Assembly (NCBI GenBank): GCA_012841145.1
Contig: DUVH01000035.1
Location: forward strand, 8,507-72,506
DNA: 64,000 bases
DNA from: Clostridiaceae bacterium
GTDB taxonomy: Bacteria; Bacillota; Clostridia; Saccharofermentanales; DTU023
Direction: 5' to 3'
Below are positions 35,640-46,546 of this stretch, one piece after another (position 1 is the first letter of the stretch; every line of letters starts with the position of its first letter). The notes under the pieces are model-generated. The model did not search any database, was not told the DNA's origin, and saw only the letters and a list, made by a program, of their open reading frames with translations. Position numbers and translations under genes: made by a program.

Positions 35640-37256
35640 TTATTCGACAGGTTTCATATGGTCGGTGCGTCCCGTCAGGCGATCGCCGACATTTCTTAGG
35701 TCAACACCCATGATGAGGAGCACATCGCCCGGCTCGACGATCCGGCGCAAGTGCTCCTCAAGTGCTTCATTCGTTGGGTAATACTCCGCCTGTCCTCCCA
35801 GTTCATTGATACGATCGCAAATATCTTTAGAACTGATGGTCGTATCTCGTTCTCGGTCATCGTAGATTTCCGACATCATGATGGGGCGGACGTCCAACAT
35901 CGAGTCGACAAAATCATCGAAAAATCCGCGGACGCGACTGTGGGTCAACGGTTGGAAGCAGATCCAAAGGCGCTTAGCCGGAAGGTGGCGCGCCGCCTCG
36001 ATCGTGACGCGTACTGCCGACGGGTGATGCGCGTAATCGACGATCACTTCCGCACCGTTATAGCGTCCCGCTCTCGTAAATCTCCCTTCGGCTCCTCGGA
36101 AGGATTGAAGCGCTCTCTTTGCCGCCTCGGGCGTTCCGCCCGCCAAGTCGGCCGCGACGATGGCGCCCATCGCGTTCTGTATATTGAATTCGCCCGGAAC
36201 GGTCAATGTAATGTCGGTGTAATAAGATCCTCGTCTGTAGACGTCGCAGCACGGTTCACCGCGGTCGTTGTAATGTAGACCCGAGTAATAGTAGTCGGGT
36301 CTCTGCCCGTACCGGTTCGTCTCATTTTCCTCGCCGAACCAGATGAGTTCGAGTTCGTCCAGATGACCGGGACGAACGACCTCGACGATGTCGAGCATCG
36401 CGTTGACGTCTTTATCGTATGTCGGCAGAACGAGGACAGATCCCGCAGGTTGAAGCGCGACAAACCTCGCAAAAGCATCGATCAGGTCGTCGTGCGTTTT
36501 GTAGCAATCGATGTGATCGTGTACGAGATTCAAAATGACGGTCGCCGTGCCGCTGTAGTGAAAAAAACCGCGTTTGAACTCGCACGCCTCGGACAACATA
36601 AGTTCGCGCTGTTTCGTTTCGCTGAGTCGAACGGTTGTTTGAAACTCGATTAATTCCGCACCGAGATGTACCATCGGATCAATTCCGGATTCAATCATGA
36701 TCAGGGCGCACATCGCCGTACATGTCGACTTCCCGTTTGTCCCGCTGATGTTGATTACGCGGTCGAACAACCGGTTGATCGCGCCCAGAAAAATTGACCG
36801 CTCTACGCAGGGAATGCCGAGCTCGGCAGCGCGCATACGCTCGGGATTATCATCGAAAACGGCTTTTGAATAAACGACAAGATCCGGATTGGCGCGGTCG
36901 ATCGAATCTGCCGCGTGATAGTGGACTACGGGAATCCCGAGCGTCTCCAAATAGGATGTCCGCGCATTCGGGTGCGGATCGGAGCCGAAGCACGTGACGC
37001 CTTCGTGGTTGGCGAACTCCGCCAAACCGCACATACTGATCCCGCCGATACCGACGAAAAAAATCGTCTTCCCCGGCGCGATCTGTTCCGCTATTCTGTT
37101 GAAATCGAAAATGTCGTGCCCCGTGATCGAAGAAACGATGTCATCGGGTGTCCTTTTGACAGCGAGATCGGAAAAGCGCGGGAGAGTCGCCGTGGCGGGG
37201 AGCTGTGTCGTCTTCGGATGCTCCGTATCCTTTAATTTACTTGATTCAGTCATCAT
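35640..37256 (-). CDS. murC: UDP-N-acetylmuramate--L-alanine ligase (MurC-type Mur ligase) with an N-terminal extension of about 60 aa
   Basis: FFVGIGGISMCGLAEF, P-loop ISGTNGKST, and C-terminal DYAHHP. Confidence 0.8.
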   Translation of the reverse strand: MMTESSKLKDTEHPKTTQLPATATLPRFSDLAVKRTPDDIVSSITGHDIFDFNRIAEQIAPGKTIFFVGIGGISMCGLAEFANHEGVTCFGSDPHPNARTSYLETLGIPVVHYHAADSIDRANPDLVVYSKAVFDDNPERMRAAELGIPCVERSIFLGAINRLFDRVINISGTNGKSTCTAMCALIMIESGIDPMVHLGAELIEFQTTVRLSETKQRELMLSEACEFKRGFFHYSGTATVILNLVHDHIDCYKTHDDLIDAFARFVALQPAGSVLVLPTYDKDVNAMLDIVEVVRPGHLDELELIWFGEENETNRYGQRPDYYYSGLHYNDRGEPCCDVYRRGSYYTDITLTVPGEFNIQNAMGAIVAADLAGGTPEAAKRALQSFRGAEGRFTRAGRYNGAEVIVDYAHHPSAVRVTIEAARHLPAKRLWICFQPLTHSRVRGFFDDFVDSMLDVRPIMMSEIYDDRERDTTISSKDICDRINELGGQAEYYPTNEALEEHLRRIVEPGDVLLIMGVDLRNVGDRLTGRTDHMKPVE

Positions 37257-37427
37257 GGTTCGAATCCTAACTCTATTTGTTTACTTGAATACGTTTGGCG
37301 TCTTTAATACTTGACTGTATACAATCGGTATTTTACCATGCAAGTATAATGGCGGAAAGGTGACAAGCCTGTCTCTGTTCTCTGCTATGACGGCTTCACG
37401 GCGGATTGATCATCTTCATTTTCGCAC

Positions 37428-37456
37428 TTGCATCATTGAATATCCTGTTGTATACT
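37428..37456 (+). promoter_or_regulatory. Sigma-A-type promoter for the S10 operon
   Basis: TTGCAT (37428-37433), a 17-nt spacer and TATACT (37451-37456). It predicts a leader of about 250 nt before rpsJ. Confidence 0.55.
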
Positions 37457-37715
37457 TCTCATTGCGCCTTTTTTCGTGCGGCTTATCGTGCGAAAAGGAT
37501 AACGATGACGGTGGAGATTGCTTACCGATTTGCTGCAATCCGTAAGGTCACTCCACTCGAGTAGCCCGAACTCGATATCGGGCGCAGAATCCCTTGGCAG
37601 TAGGGCTCCCAGCGTTTGCATCAGGAGATGCTCGTCTGGGATTTCAATTGGTAAAGAGTGATACGCCCGAACCGATAGTGATTCTGAATGCAGACAACAG
37701 GAGGAATGTTAGGAA

Positions 37716-38027
37716 ATGGCAATTAATCAAAAAATCAGAATTCGCCTCAAAGCGTTCGACAGCCGCATTCTCGATGACAGCGCGCGTCGCATTGTCAACA
37801 CGGCTGAGAGAACAGGTGCAAGTGTTTCAGGGCCGATCCCTCTCCCGACGGAGAAAGAGATCATTACGATCTTGCGCTCACCCCACGTCAACAAGGACTC
37901 TCGCGAACAATTTGAGATCCGTACACACAAACGTCTGATCGATATTCTTGCCCCGACGTCGAAAACGGTTGAATCGCTTATGCGTCTCGAAATGCCCGCC
38001 GGCGTCAACATTGAAATTAAACTGTAA
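37716..38027 (+). CDS. rpsJ: 30S ribosomal protein S10
   Basis: [31 protein letters not shown]. Confidence 0.95.
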   Translation: MAINQKIRIRLKAFDSRILDDSARRIVNTAERTGASVSGPIPLPTEKEIITILRSPHVNKDSREQFEIRTHKRLIDILAPTSKTVESLMRLEMPAGVNIEIKL

Positions 38028-38092
38028 ACCCGCACTCACGGGTCAATGTTTGCCGAATGGAGCGGCAAACCAATAACTCAGGAGGTTATAAC

Positions 38093-38722
38093 ATGGCAAA
38101 GTTCATGCTCGGTCGAAAAGCCGGGATGACACAGGTCTTTGATGAAAACGGGTCGGTTATACCCGTAACAGTCATCGCCTGCGGCCCCGTAACTGTTTTA
38201 CAGAATAAAACAGTCGAAACAGACGGCTACAGCGCTGTGCGCGTCGGCTATGAAGAAACAAAAAAAGGTAACCGCCCCCATCGCGGGCAGTTTGAAAAAA
38301 TCGGTGTCAAACCCATGCGCGTTATTCGCGAGTTTCGCTCCGATGATGATTACGAACCGGGACAGGTTATCCCTGTCGATGAGATGTTTGAAGCGGGTGA
38401 TGCTGTTGACGTGTCCGGAACTTCGAAAGGAAAAGGATACGCCGGAGCGATTCGTCGTCACGGCATGGCGCGCGGGCCTAGAACGCACGGTTCAAAATAC
38501 CATCGTAAAGCAGGTCCCATGAGTTCGGCCGCCACGCCGGCAAAAGTATTCAAGGGCAACAAACTGCCGGGTCAGCTCGGGTATAAACGCGTGACCGTCC
38601 AGAATCTCTCTGTCGTTCAGGTCGACGGCGAGCGAAATTTCCTCGTCGTGAAGGGCGCCGTTCCCGGACCGAATGGCGGTCTCCTCGAAATCCGGTCGAC
38701 TGTCAAGGCGAAGAAGAAGTAG
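38093..38722 (+). CDS. rplC: 50S ribosomal protein L3
   Basis: ATG at 38093 follows CAGGAGGT. MAKFMLGRKAGMTQVFDENG. Confidence 0.95.
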   Translation: MAKFMLGRKAGMTQVFDENGSVIPVTVIACGPVTVLQNKTVETDGYSAVRVGYEETKKGNRPHRGQFEKIGVKPMRVIREFRSDDDYEPGQVIPVDEMFEAGDAVDVSGTSKGKGYAGAIRRHGMARGPRTHGSKYHRKAGPMSSAATPAKVFKGNKLPGQLGYKRVTVQNLSVVQVDGERNFLVVKGAVPGPNGGLLEIRSTVKAKKK

Positions 38723-38737
38723 AGGGGGGAGGTACTT

Positions 38738-39361
38738 ATGCAACTCGATGTTTATAACATGAAAGGTGAAATCGTCGACAAGATCGAATTGTCGGACGAT
38801 ATTTTCGCTATTGAGCCGAACGAGGACGCGCTCTATCGCGTCGCTATCGCTCAACAGGCGAATAAGCGCCAAGGTACACATAAAGTCAAGGATCGAAGCG
38901 AAGTGAGAGGCGGCGGTCGCAAGCCGTTCCGTCAGAAGGGCACGGGGCGCGCACGCCAAGGTTCATCCAGGTCGCCTAAGCATGTCGGCGGCGGTGTCGT
39001 TTTCGGTCCCACACCTCGCAGTTATCGCGTAAGGCTTCCGAAGAAGCTTCGTCGATTGGCACTCTTTTCCGCGTTGTCCGTTAAAGCAAACAGCGACAAG
39101 ATCATCGTCCTCGATGACTTAACGATTGAAAACGGCAAGACGCGCGAGATGGTCGAAGTCCTCAAGAATTTAGGCGTTGACTCGACGTCGCTCGTCGTTA
39201 CGACCGGCAAGAACGATTACGTCGTCCGATCGGCGCGCAATCTTCAAGGAGTGAAGACGGCGCCCGTCAATGCGCTTTCAGTGCTCGACATTCTCAAATA
39301 CGATCGCCTGATTGCGACACGAGAGGCGCTTGAAACATTTCAGGAGGTTTATGAGTCATGA
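38738..39361 (+). CDS. rplD: 50S ribosomal protein L4
   Basis: GGGRKPFRQKGTGRARQGS motif and operon position. Confidence 0.95.
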   Translation: MQLDVYNMKGEIVDKIELSDDIFAIEPNEDALYRVAIAQQANKRQGTHKVKDRSEVRGGGRKPFRQKGTGRARQGSSRSPKHVGGGVVFGPTPRSYRVRLPKKLRRLALFSALSVKANSDKIIVLDDLTIENGKTREMVEVLKNLGVDSTSLVVTTGKNDYVVRSARNLQGVKTAPVNALSVLDILKYDRLIATREALETFQEVYES

Positions 39362-39711
39362 AAACTCCGCAAGACATCATTCTGAAGCCGATCATTACCG
39401 AGCAGAGCATGGAAGAGACCATGTACGGCAAATATACGTTTGTCGTGGCGAAGGATGCTACGAAGACTGAAATACGAAAAGCCTGTGAAGACATGTTTGA
39501 CGTCAAGGTGCTCAAAGTCAATACGATGCACCTGTCGGGCAAAATGCGTCGCATGGGCAAGAACAGAGGCCGCACGGCATCGTGGAAAAAGGCCGTTATT
39601 ACGATCGATCTCGATCCGCAACCGGAAGAGTACAGTCTCCCCGGCGGAAAAGTTGAGACAACGTCGAAACGTTATAAGACTGAGATCACGGAATTCGGAT
39701 TTGGCCAGTAA
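39358..39711 (+). CDS. rplW: 50S ribosomal protein L23
   Basis: DIILKPIITEQSM...YTFVVAKDATKTEIRKA. About 20 aa longer than usual at the C-terminus. Confidence 0.93.
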   Translation: MKTPQDIILKPIITEQSMEETMYGKYTFVVAKDATKTEIRKACEDMFDVKVLKVNTMHLSGKMRRMGKNRGRTASWKKAVITIDLDPQPEEYSLPGGKVETTSKRYKTEITEFGFGQ

Positions 39712-39742
39712 GCCGATCGCGTGAGAAAGTAAGGAGATATCT

Positions 39743-40579
39743 ATGGCATTGAAAAGTTATCGCCCGACTTCGCCCGCTAGAAGGCAGATGACAGGCACCG
39801 ATTTTTCCGAATTGACGAAGAAAGCGCCTGAAAAGAGCCTTCTCTCAAAGAAGAAGAAGCATAGCGGACGTAACCACTACGGGCGTATCACCGTTCGCCA
39901 CCGCGGCGGCGGAAATCGTCAGAAATACCGCATCATCGACTGGAAACGCAACAAGACTGATATTCCGGCAAAAGTCGAGGCGCTTGAGTACGATCCCAAT
40001 CGCACGGCGTTTATCGCACTGATCGTGTATGCGGACGGAGAGAAAAGTTATATTCTCGCCCCGCACAATCTCAAGGTGGGAGATACGGTAATCTCCGGCA
40101 AGGACGTTGACATCGTCGCGGGCAATTGCTTGCCTTTGTCTTCAATCCCCGTCGGTACGCAAATTCACAACATTGAGATGAATCCCGGTCACGGCGGACA
40201 GCTCGTCCGTTCGGCAGGGACGTCGGCACAGCTGCTTGCTAAGGAAGGCCGCTATGCGACGATCCGTATGCCGTCCGGTGAAGTCCGGCTCGTGTTGCAG
40301 AACTGTCGTGCCGTGATCGGAGTTGTCAGCAACCCTGAGAACGAGATCAAGAAAATCGGCAAAGCCGGTCGTAAACGTCACCTTGGTCGCCGTCCGCACG
40401 TTCGCGGATCAGCGATGAACCCTGTCGATCACCCGCATGGCGGTGGTGAGGGCAAGGCGCCGATCGGTCTCCCGAGTCCGATGACGCCGTGGGGAAAGCC
40501 GAACCATGGTTACCGCACACGTAAACGCAACAAGTCAACCGACCGTCTGATTCTCAGACGTCGCCGGAAGAAGAGATAA
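39743..40579 (+). CDS. rplB: 50S ribosomal protein L2
   Basis: [16 protein letters not shown]...HPHGGGEGK. Confidence 0.96.
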   Translation: MALKSYRPTSPARRQMTGTDFSELTKKAPEKSLLSKKKKHSGRNHYGRITVRHRGGGNRQKYRIIDWKRNKTDIPAKVEALEYDPNRTAFIALIVYADGEKSYILAPHNLKVGDTVISGKDVDIVAGNCLPLSSIPVGTQIHNIEMNPGHGGQLVRSAGTSAQLLAKEGRYATIRMPSGEVRLVLQNCRAVIGVVSNPENEIKKIGKAGRKRHLGRRPHVRGSAMNPVDHPHGGGEGKAPIGLPSPMTPWGKPNHGYRTRKRNKSTDRLILRRRRKKR

Positions 40580-40595
40580 GGATGGAGGAGACATC

Positions 40596-40877
40596 ATGAG
40601 TCGTTCCGCAAAAAAAGGATTTTATGTTGATGAGAGACTTCTGAAGCGCGTCAACGAGCTGAATGAGAGAAATGAGCATCGCGTATTGAGAACGTGGTCA
40701 CGTGCCTCCACCATTTTCCCCGAGATGGTGGGTCATACCATCGCCGTGCATGACGGCCGCAAGCACGTTCCTGTCTATATTACGGAAGAAATGGTCGGTC
40801 ACAAGCTTGGTGAATTCGCGCCCACAAGGACGTTCCGGGGTCATGCAGGTTCCGAAAAACGTGCTCGGAGAAGATAA
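40596..40877 (+). CDS. rpsS: 30S ribosomal protein S19
   Basis: [19 protein letters not shown]...[23 protein letters not shown]. Confidence 0.96.
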   Translation: MSRSAKKGFYVDERLLKRVNELNERNEHRVLRTWSRASTIFPEMVGHTIAVHDGRKHVPVYITEEMVGHKLGEFAPTRTFRGHAGSEKRARRR

Positions 40878-40898
40878 GAAGGAACCGGAGGAGAAATT

Positions 40899-41384
40899 GT
40901 GGCTAAGAAAGTAATGAGTAAATCGGAGCTTCTGGAGCGCCGCGAAGAGATTCTCGCGGAGTACAGCAAGCCTACCCGTAAAAGTGCAAGAAGACGCACG
41001 TTGACGAAAAAGGAACGCAAAGTACTGGGCGTCGGTCGCGATGTAGGGAAAGCGACACTGAGACACCTTCGGATGAATGCTTTCAAGGTTAATGCCCTCA
41101 TCAAGCAAGTCAAGGGCAAAAGCCTTGAAGAGGCTTATGCAGTCCTGCTATATACGCCGCATGGCGCGGCTCAACCGCTGACGAAACTTCTGAAATCAGC
41201 TGAAGCGAACGCGGTGAACAACAACGGGTTGAACGCGGAAGATCTGTACGTCGCCGATTTGTATGCGATGCAGGGGCCGACGCTGAAACGCATCCGCGCA
41301 CGTGCGAAAGGTCAGGCGACATGGATCCTGAAACGCACATGTCATGTTCACGTTGTGCTGAAAGAAAGGGAGCAGGAGGTCTAG
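40899..41384 (+). CDS. rplV: 50S ribosomal protein L22 with an N-terminal basic extension of about 50 aa
   Basis: The core starts near [31 protein letters not shown] at 40899 follows GGAGGAG. Confidence 0.9.
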   Translation: MAKKVMSKSELLERREEILAEYSKPTRKSARRRTLTKKERKVLGVGRDVGKATLRHLRMNAFKVNALIKQVKGKSLEEAYAVLLYTPHGAAQPLTKLLKSAEANAVNNNGLNAEDLYVADLYAMQGPTLKRIRARAKGQATWILKRTCHVHVVLKEREQEV

Positions 41385-41385
41385 T

Positions 41386-42066
41386 ATGGGTCAGAAAGTT
41401 AATCCGCACGGTCTGCGCGTTGGAGTTATCAAAGATTGGGATTCCCGCTGGTACGCCGACAAGAATAATTTTGCCCGCTATCTCGTCGAGGACAAACAGA
41501 TTCGCGATTACGTCAAGAAGCTGACGGAGCGCGCCGGTGTTTCTCGCATTGAAATAGAGCGTTTAGGTGATGACAAGACGACCATTACGATCACGACGGG
41601 CAAGCCCGGCATCATTATCGGCCGCGGCGGATCGGAAATCGAGAAATTGAAGAAGAAATTGACGGCGAAATTCGGCAGGACGTTCTTCATCAATGTTAAA
41701 GAGGTCCGAAACGTTGATATCGAATCACAGCTTGTCGCGGAGAACATCGCCAAGCAGCTGGAAGAGCGCGTCTCTTTCCGTCGCGCCATGAAGCAGGCGA
41801 TCAGCCGCGCGATGAAAAACGGCGCACGCGGCATCAAAGTTATGGTGTCGGGTCGTCTGGGCGGCGCGGAGATTGCACGCTTTGAGCAGTATCGCGAAGG
41901 ATCGATTCCTCTCCATACGCTCAGAGCAGATATTGATTACGGTTTTGCCGAGGCGAAAACGTCTTATGGACAGCTCGGCGTTAAAGTTTGGATTTACAAA
42001 GGCGAAGTTCTCACCGTGAAGAGCGTCGCACAGGAACATAAGGAGGCGCCGGATGTTAATGCCTAA
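41386..42066 (+). CDS. rpsC: 30S ribosomal protein S3
   Basis: [24 protein letters not shown]. Confidence 0.96.
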   Translation: MGQKVNPHGLRVGVIKDWDSRWYADKNNFARYLVEDKQIRDYVKKLTERAGVSRIEIERLGDDKTTITITTGKPGIIIGRGGSEIEKLKKKLTAKFGRTFFINVKEVRNVDIESQLVAENIAKQLEERVSFRRAMKQAISRAMKNGARGIKVMVSGRLGGAEIARFEQYREGSIPLHTLRADIDYGFAEAKTSYGQLGVKVWIYKGEVLTVKSVAQEHKEAPDVNA

Positions 42067-42613
42067 ACGCGTTAAGCGCAGAAAGCAGCACCGTGGGCGC
42101 ATGAAAGGCAAAGCGACTCGCGGAAATAAAGTAACGTACGGTCAGTACGGATTACAGGCGATGGAGCCAGGCTGGATCACAGGTAACCAGATCGAAGCCG
42201 CCCGTATCGCCATCAACCGCTATTTCAGACGCGGCGGAACGGTGTGGATCAAAATTTTCCCTGACAAACCCGTTTCCAAGAAGCCGGCCGAGACACGTAT
42301 GGGTAAAGGTAAAGGCTCACCCGAATATTGGGTCGCCGTCGTTAAACCGGGACGTGTTCTCTTTGAAGTCGCGGGTGTTACCGAGAAGCAGGCGCGCGAA
42401 GCGCTTCGACTCGCCAGTCACAAGCTCCCGATCAAGGTGCGTTTTGTAGAGAGTGAACGTAAATTTACGGAGGAAGAACTCGCGAAATTCGCGGAGGTTC
42501 AGGTTCTCGATATACCTGAAGAACTCCTCACGGACGCCGAGCTTGAGGAAATGGGCGTTGAGGCTGAAGGTGTCTCTGCTGATGCATCGACAGATGCGGC
42601 GACGGAGTCCTAG
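42053..42613 (+). CDS. rplP: 50S ribosomal protein L16 with an acidic C-terminal extension of about 45 aa
   Basis: [19 protein letters not shown] core, then a ...[34 protein letters not shown] tail. Confidence 0.93.
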   Translation: MLMPKRVKRRKQHRGRMKGKATRGNKVTYGQYGLQAMEPGWITGNQIEAARIAINRYFRRGGTVWIKIFPDKPVSKKPAETRMGKGKGSPEYWVAVVKPGRVLFEVAGVTEKQAREALRLASHKLPIKVRFVESERKFTEEELAKFAEVQVLDIPEELLTDAELEEMGVEAEGVSADASTDAATES

Positions 42614-42618
42614 GAGGT

Positions 42619-42831
42619 TTGAAAATGAAGGCAAGTGAACTACGTGAAAAAAATCAGGCTGAACTTGAAAATGAACTTCATGAACTGAAGGCTGAACTTT
42701 TTAAGCTTCGTTTTCAACACGTCACGAATCAGCTCGCCAATCCGATGGAGCTGAAGCGCGTGAAACGCGATATTGCTCGCGTTAAGACCGTGATGCGCCA
42801 GCGAGAACTCGGCGAAGTTATCTCAAGTTAA
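42619..42831 (+). CDS. rpmC: 50S ribosomal protein L29
   Basis: [31 protein letters not shown]. Confidence 0.94.
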   Translation: MKMKASELREKNQAELENELHELKAELFKLRFQHVTNQLANPMELKRVKRDIARVKTVMRQRELGEVISS

Positions 42832-42843
42832 GGGGGAAAGGGA

Positions 42844-43101
42844 ATGAGCGAGCGCAATAATAGAAAACAGCGAGTTGGCATCGTGGTCAGCGACAAAATG
42901 GACAAGACCATCGTCGTCGCCGTGACGGAGCACATACGCCATCCGCTTTACAAGAAATACATCAGACGCACAGTCAAAATGAAAGCCCATGACGAGAACA
43001 ATGAGTGCGGCATCGGTGACCGCGTCCGTTTGATGGAGACAAGACCTTTGAGCCGTCATAAACATTGGCGTCTTGTCGAAGTAATCGAGAAAGCAAGATA
43101 A
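42844..43101 (+). CDS. rpsQ: 30S ribosomal protein S17
   Basis: [21 protein letters not shown]...[15 protein letters not shown]. Confidence 0.94.
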   Translation: MSERNNRKQRVGIVVSDKMDKTIVVAVTEHIRHPLYKKYIRRTVKMKAHDENNECGIGDRVRLMETRPLSRHKHWRLVEVIEKAR

Positions 43102-43128
43102 CTCGATTGAATTCAGGAGGAAAGGTCA

Positions 43129-43497
43129 ATGATTCAAGTACAATCCAGGCTTAAATCGGCCGACAACACTGGCGCAAGGAAGCTGATGTGCATCCGCGTG
43201 TTAGGCGGTACGGGTCGACGCTATGCCAATATCGGTGATGTGATCGTCTGTTCCGTCAAGGAAGCCGCTCCCGGCGGCACCGTTAAAAAGGGCGATGTCG
43301 TCAGAGCTGTTGTCGTTCGCACGAAATCGGGTATTCACCGCAAAGACGGAACCGTCATTCGTTTCGATGAGAACGCGGCCGTTATTCTTAAAGATGATGG
43401 GAACCCGCAAGGGACGCGTATTTTCGGTCCCATCGCGCGTGAGCTTCGCGAGAAGAATTACATGAGAATTCTCTCGCTGGCGCCCGAGGTTCTGTGA
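43129..43497 (+). CDS. rplN: 50S ribosomal protein L14
   Basis: [27 protein letters not shown]. Confidence 0.96.
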   Translation: MIQVQSRLKSADNTGARKLMCIRVLGGTGRRYANIGDVIVCSVKEAAPGGTVKKGDVVRAVVVRTKSGIHRKDGTVIRFDENAAVILKDDGNPQGTRIFGPIARELREKNYMRILSLAPEVL

Positions 43498-43508
43498 GGA
43501 GGAGAAGG

Positions 43509-43859
43509 ATGTCGCGCAAGAAAATACATGTAAAAAGGGATGACCAAGTCTATGTGCTGACAGGCAAGGACGCGGGCAAAACGGGTAAAATCATAGCAGC
43601 TTTTCCCGCGACGGGTCGCGTGATCGTGGAAGGCGTCAACATCGCTACACGTCATGTAAAACCGAGATCCCAGCATCAGCAAGGCGGTATCATCCGTCAG
43701 GAGATGCCGATTGACGCATCAAACGTGATGCTTGTTTGTCAGAAATGCAAGCGTCCGTCAAAAACAGGCAAGAAATACTTGGAAAACGGTGACAAGGTAC
43801 GCTTCTGCAAAGCTTGCGGCGAAACCATTTCCGTGATTAGTAAAGGTAAGAAGGGATAA
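43509..43859 (+). CDS. rplX: 50S ribosomal protein L24 (variant with CxxC...CxxC)
   Basis: ATG at 43509 follows GAGGAGGAG. KOW motif VKRDDQVYVLTGKDAGKTG. C-terminal CQKCKRP...FCKACGE. Confidence 0.93.
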   Translation: MSRKKIHVKRDDQVYVLTGKDAGKTGKIIAAFPATGRVIVEGVNIATRHVKPRSQHQQGGIIRQEMPIDASNVMLVCQKCKRPSKTGKKYLENGDKVRFCKACGETISVISKGKKG

Positions 43860-43862
43860 CGC

Positions 43863-44402
43863 ATGAACAGATTACGTGATAAATATACCGAAGAAGTTCG
43901 CGATGCCCTGATGAAAGAATTCGGCTACAGCTCGGTGATGCAGGTGCCTCGACTCGAGAAGATCGTTCTGAACATGGGTATCGGCAACGTGCGTGAAAAC
44001 CCGAAGGCGGTCGACTCGGCAGTTCGCGATTTGTCAACGATTTCCGGTCAAAAGGCGATCGTGACATATGCCCGTAAATCAGTGGCTAACTTCAGATTGA
44101 GGGAAGGTATGCCGAACGGTGTGAAGGTGACAATTCGCGGTGATCGTATGTATCATTTCCTCGATAAGCTGATCAGCATCGCGCTCCCGCGTGTCCGCGA
44201 CTTCCGCGGTGTCAATCCGAATTCGTTCGACGGCCGCGGGAATTATTCGCTCGGCGCTCGCGAACAGCTGATCTTTCCCGAAGTGGACTACGACAGCATC
44301 GACAAAATCAGCGGACTTGACATCACCATTGTCACGACGGCTGAAACGGACGAAGAGGGCATGGCGCTCTTGAAAGCGCTCGGCATGCCGTTCCGCAGAT
44401 AA
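43863..44402 (+). CDS. rplE: 50S ribosomal protein L5
   Basis: [39 protein letters not shown]. Confidence 0.96.
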   Translation: MNRLRDKYTEEVRDALMKEFGYSSVMQVPRLEKIVLNMGIGNVRENPKAVDSAVRDLSTISGQKAIVTYARKSVANFRLREGMPNGVKVTIRGDRMYHFLDKLISIALPRVRDFRGVNPNSFDGRGNYSLGAREQLIFPEVDYDSIDKISGLDITIVTTAETDEEGMALLKALGMPFRR

Positions 44403-44412
44403 GGGGGAAAAT

Positions 44413-44598
44413 ATGGCAAAAAAATCTCAGATCGCTAAAGCGAAGCGCGAGCCGAAATATAGTACACGCCAGAAGAATAGATGCCAATTGTGCGGTCGCC
44501 CAAGGGCATACTTGCGCAAGTTCGGCATCTGTCGTGTCTGTTTCCGCGAACTCGCTTATAAGGGACAGATCCCCGGCGTTCGTAAAGCCAGTTGGTAA
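44413..44598 (+). CDS. rpsN: 30S ribosomal protein S14 type Z (zinc-binding)
   Basis: 61 aa with CQLCGRP...CRVCFRE. Confidence 0.95.
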   Translation: MAKKSQIAKAKREPKYSTRQKNRCQLCGRPRAYLRKFGICRVCFRELAYKGQIPGVRKASW

Positions 44599-44610
44599 GG
44601 AGGACTCGAT

Positions 44611-45006
44611 ATGCAAGTTACTGATCCGATCGCTGATATGCTCACCCGCATCCGTAATGCCGGAAGGGCCGGTAAACTGACTTGTGAGATGCCCGCTTCG
44701 AATATGAAGCGCGCCATCGCCGATATCCTTGTCGATGAGGGATACATCGAGAAGGTCGGATATCGTGATGACGGCAAGCAGGGCATCTTGAAGCTGACGT
44801 TGAAGTATTATGGCAATAAGCCTGTCATTACGGGCATTAAAAGAATATCTAAGCCGGGTCTGCGCGTGTACGCCGATGTGGAACATCTGCCGCGCGTACA
44901 AAACGGCCTCGGTATCGCGATCATCTCGACTTCAAAAGGCGTGATGACCGATAAAATCGCTCGTCGCACGCGTGTCGGCGGCGAGGTGCTGGCGTTTGTC
45001 TGGTAG
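44611..45006 (+). CDS. rpsH: 30S ribosomal protein S8
   Basis: [17 protein letters not shown]. Confidence 0.96.
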   Translation: MQVTDPIADMLTRIRNAGRAGKLTCEMPASNMKRAIADILVDEGYIEKVGYRDDGKQGILKLTLKYYGNKPVITGIKRISKPGLRVYADVEHLPRVQNGLGIAIISTSKGVMTDKIARRTRVGGEVLAFVW

Positions 45007-45068
45007 GCAAAGCGCCCGCCACTCTGAAAAGGGCAAAAGCCCGCAATCTTAAGAGCAGGAGGAAGAAC

Positions 45069-45608
45069 ATGTCAAGAATTGGCAAAAAGCCGATCGTCAT
45101 CCCTGACGGCATCAAAGTCGAGATTGTCGACGGTCATGTCGTGGTGAGCAAAGGGCAACAGTCGCTTTCACAAGTGATTCTGCCGGGTATCACTGTTTCG
45201 ATCGAAGACGGTCAGGTGCTTGTCGGACGTGAGAACGATACGCGCCAAACGCGTTCGCTACACGGTCTGTCGCGCTCCCTGATCAACAATATGGTCGTCG
45301 GGCTGCACGAAGGATTCACGAAGAATCTTGAAATCCAAGGTGTCGGATACCGCGCGATGAAAGAGGGTAATAAGCTCGTCATGAATCTCGGTTATTCACA
45401 TCAGGTTATATTTGAAGAGCCGGAAGGCATCACGTTTGAGCTCGCCTCACCGACGCGTATCGCCGTCAAGGGTGCGGACAAGCAGCTCGTCGGAGAGATG
45501 GCCGCGAAGATTCGCGCGTCGCGTCCGCCTGATGCGTATAAGGGCAAGGGTGTCCGGTATGCCGGCGAGGTTCTGCGCCTCAAAGTCGGTAAGTCCGGTG
45601 TCAGGTAA
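45069..45608 (+). CDS. rplF: 50S ribosomal protein L6
   Basis: MSRIGKKPIVIPDGIKVEI. Confidence 0.96.
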   Translation: MSRIGKKPIVIPDGIKVEIVDGHVVVSKGQQSLSQVILPGITVSIEDGQVLVGRENDTRQTRSLHGLSRSLINNMVVGLHEGFTKNLEIQGVGYRAMKEGNKLVMNLGYSHQVIFEEPEGITFELASPTRIAVKGADKQLVGEMAAKIRASRPPDAYKGKGVRYAGEVLRLKVGKSGVR

Positions 45609-45620
45609 GGAGCGTGAACG

Positions 45621-45989
45621 ATGATTAAGAAAGAACCACGCAATGTTATCCGTCGTCGCCGCCATGCACGAGTCCGCAAGCACGTGCAGGGTACGGCTGA
45701 ACGTCCGAGGTTGAATGTATTCAGGAGCACGTCGCATATTTACGCGCAAATTATCGATGACGTCTCCCACCGCACGCTGGCTGCCGCGTCTACACTTGAT
45801 CCTTCGATCAAGGCGGAGATCAATTACGGCGGGAATATCGAGGCTGCAAAAGCTGTCGGCAAATTGATCGCCGAGCGCGCACTCGAAGCCGATATCACGA
45901 CGGTCGTCTTTGATCGCGGCGGCTATAAGTACCACGGACGCGTCGCAGCGCTGGCAGATGCCGCGCGCGAAGCCGGACTCAGTTTTTAG
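45621..45989 (+). CDS. rplR: 50S ribosomal protein L18
   Basis: [37 protein letters not shown]. Confidence 0.96.
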   Translation: MIKKEPRNVIRRRRHARVRKHVQGTAERPRLNVFRSTSHIYAQIIDDVSHRTLAAASTLDPSIKAEINYGGNIEAAKAVGKLIAERALEADITTVVFDRGGYKYHGRVAALADAAREAGLSF

Positions 45990-46001
45990 GGAGTGACAAC
46001 G

Positions 46002-46535
46002 ATGAGAAGAGATAATAGAGATCGCAGAGATCGTGACAGAAGAGAAGAGAGAGACCGCGAAAACGAGCTCCAAGAGCGCGTGATTCATATCGGGCGTGTC
46101 GCCAAAACGGTCAAAGGCGGACGTAACTTCCGCTTCACGGCGCTTGTCGTTGTAGGAGACGGCGCGGGACGCGTCGGTAAAGGTCTCGGAAAATCTGCGG
46201 AGATTCCCGAAGCGATTCGCAAAGGAATTGAAGATGCCAAGCGTAACATGGTCGAGATCGCGATGTATAAAGACACGATTCCCTACCAAGTGACAGGCCG
46301 TTTCGGTGCCGCTCAAGTGCTGTTGAAACCGGCGAGCGCCGGTACCGGCGTTATCGCAGGCGGTGCTGTCCGTGCCGTCTGTGAGCTGGCAGGCATCAAG
46401 GATATCCGTACGAAGTCTTTGGGCAGCCCGAATCCGAACAACATTGTCAACGCGACGATCGAAGGATTGAAATCACTGCGTACATTGGAAGAAGTCGCGG
46501 AGATCCGCGGCAAGAATCCACGCGAGATTCTGTAA
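46002..46535 (+). CDS. rpsE: 30S ribosomal protein S5 (Arg/Asp-rich N-terminus)
   Basis: ATG at 46002 follows [33 protein letters not shown]. Confidence 0.95.
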   Translation: MRRDNRDRRDRDRREERDRENELQERVIHIGRVAKTVKGGRNFRFTALVVVGDGAGRVGKGLGKSAEIPEAIRKGIEDAKRNMVEIAMYKDTIPYQVTGRFGAAQVLLKPASAGTGVIAGGAVRAVCELAGIKDIRTKSLGSPNPNNIVNATIEGLKSLRTLEEVAEIRGKNPREIL

Positions 46536-46546
46536 AGGAGGGTGAC

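Noticed and set aside
45447-46316. 289-aa minus-strand ORF
   Set aside because: It lies entirely antisense to rplF/rplR/rpsE, which have strong RBSs and unmistakable ribosomal-protein sequences. This is a typical GC-rich antisense open frame.
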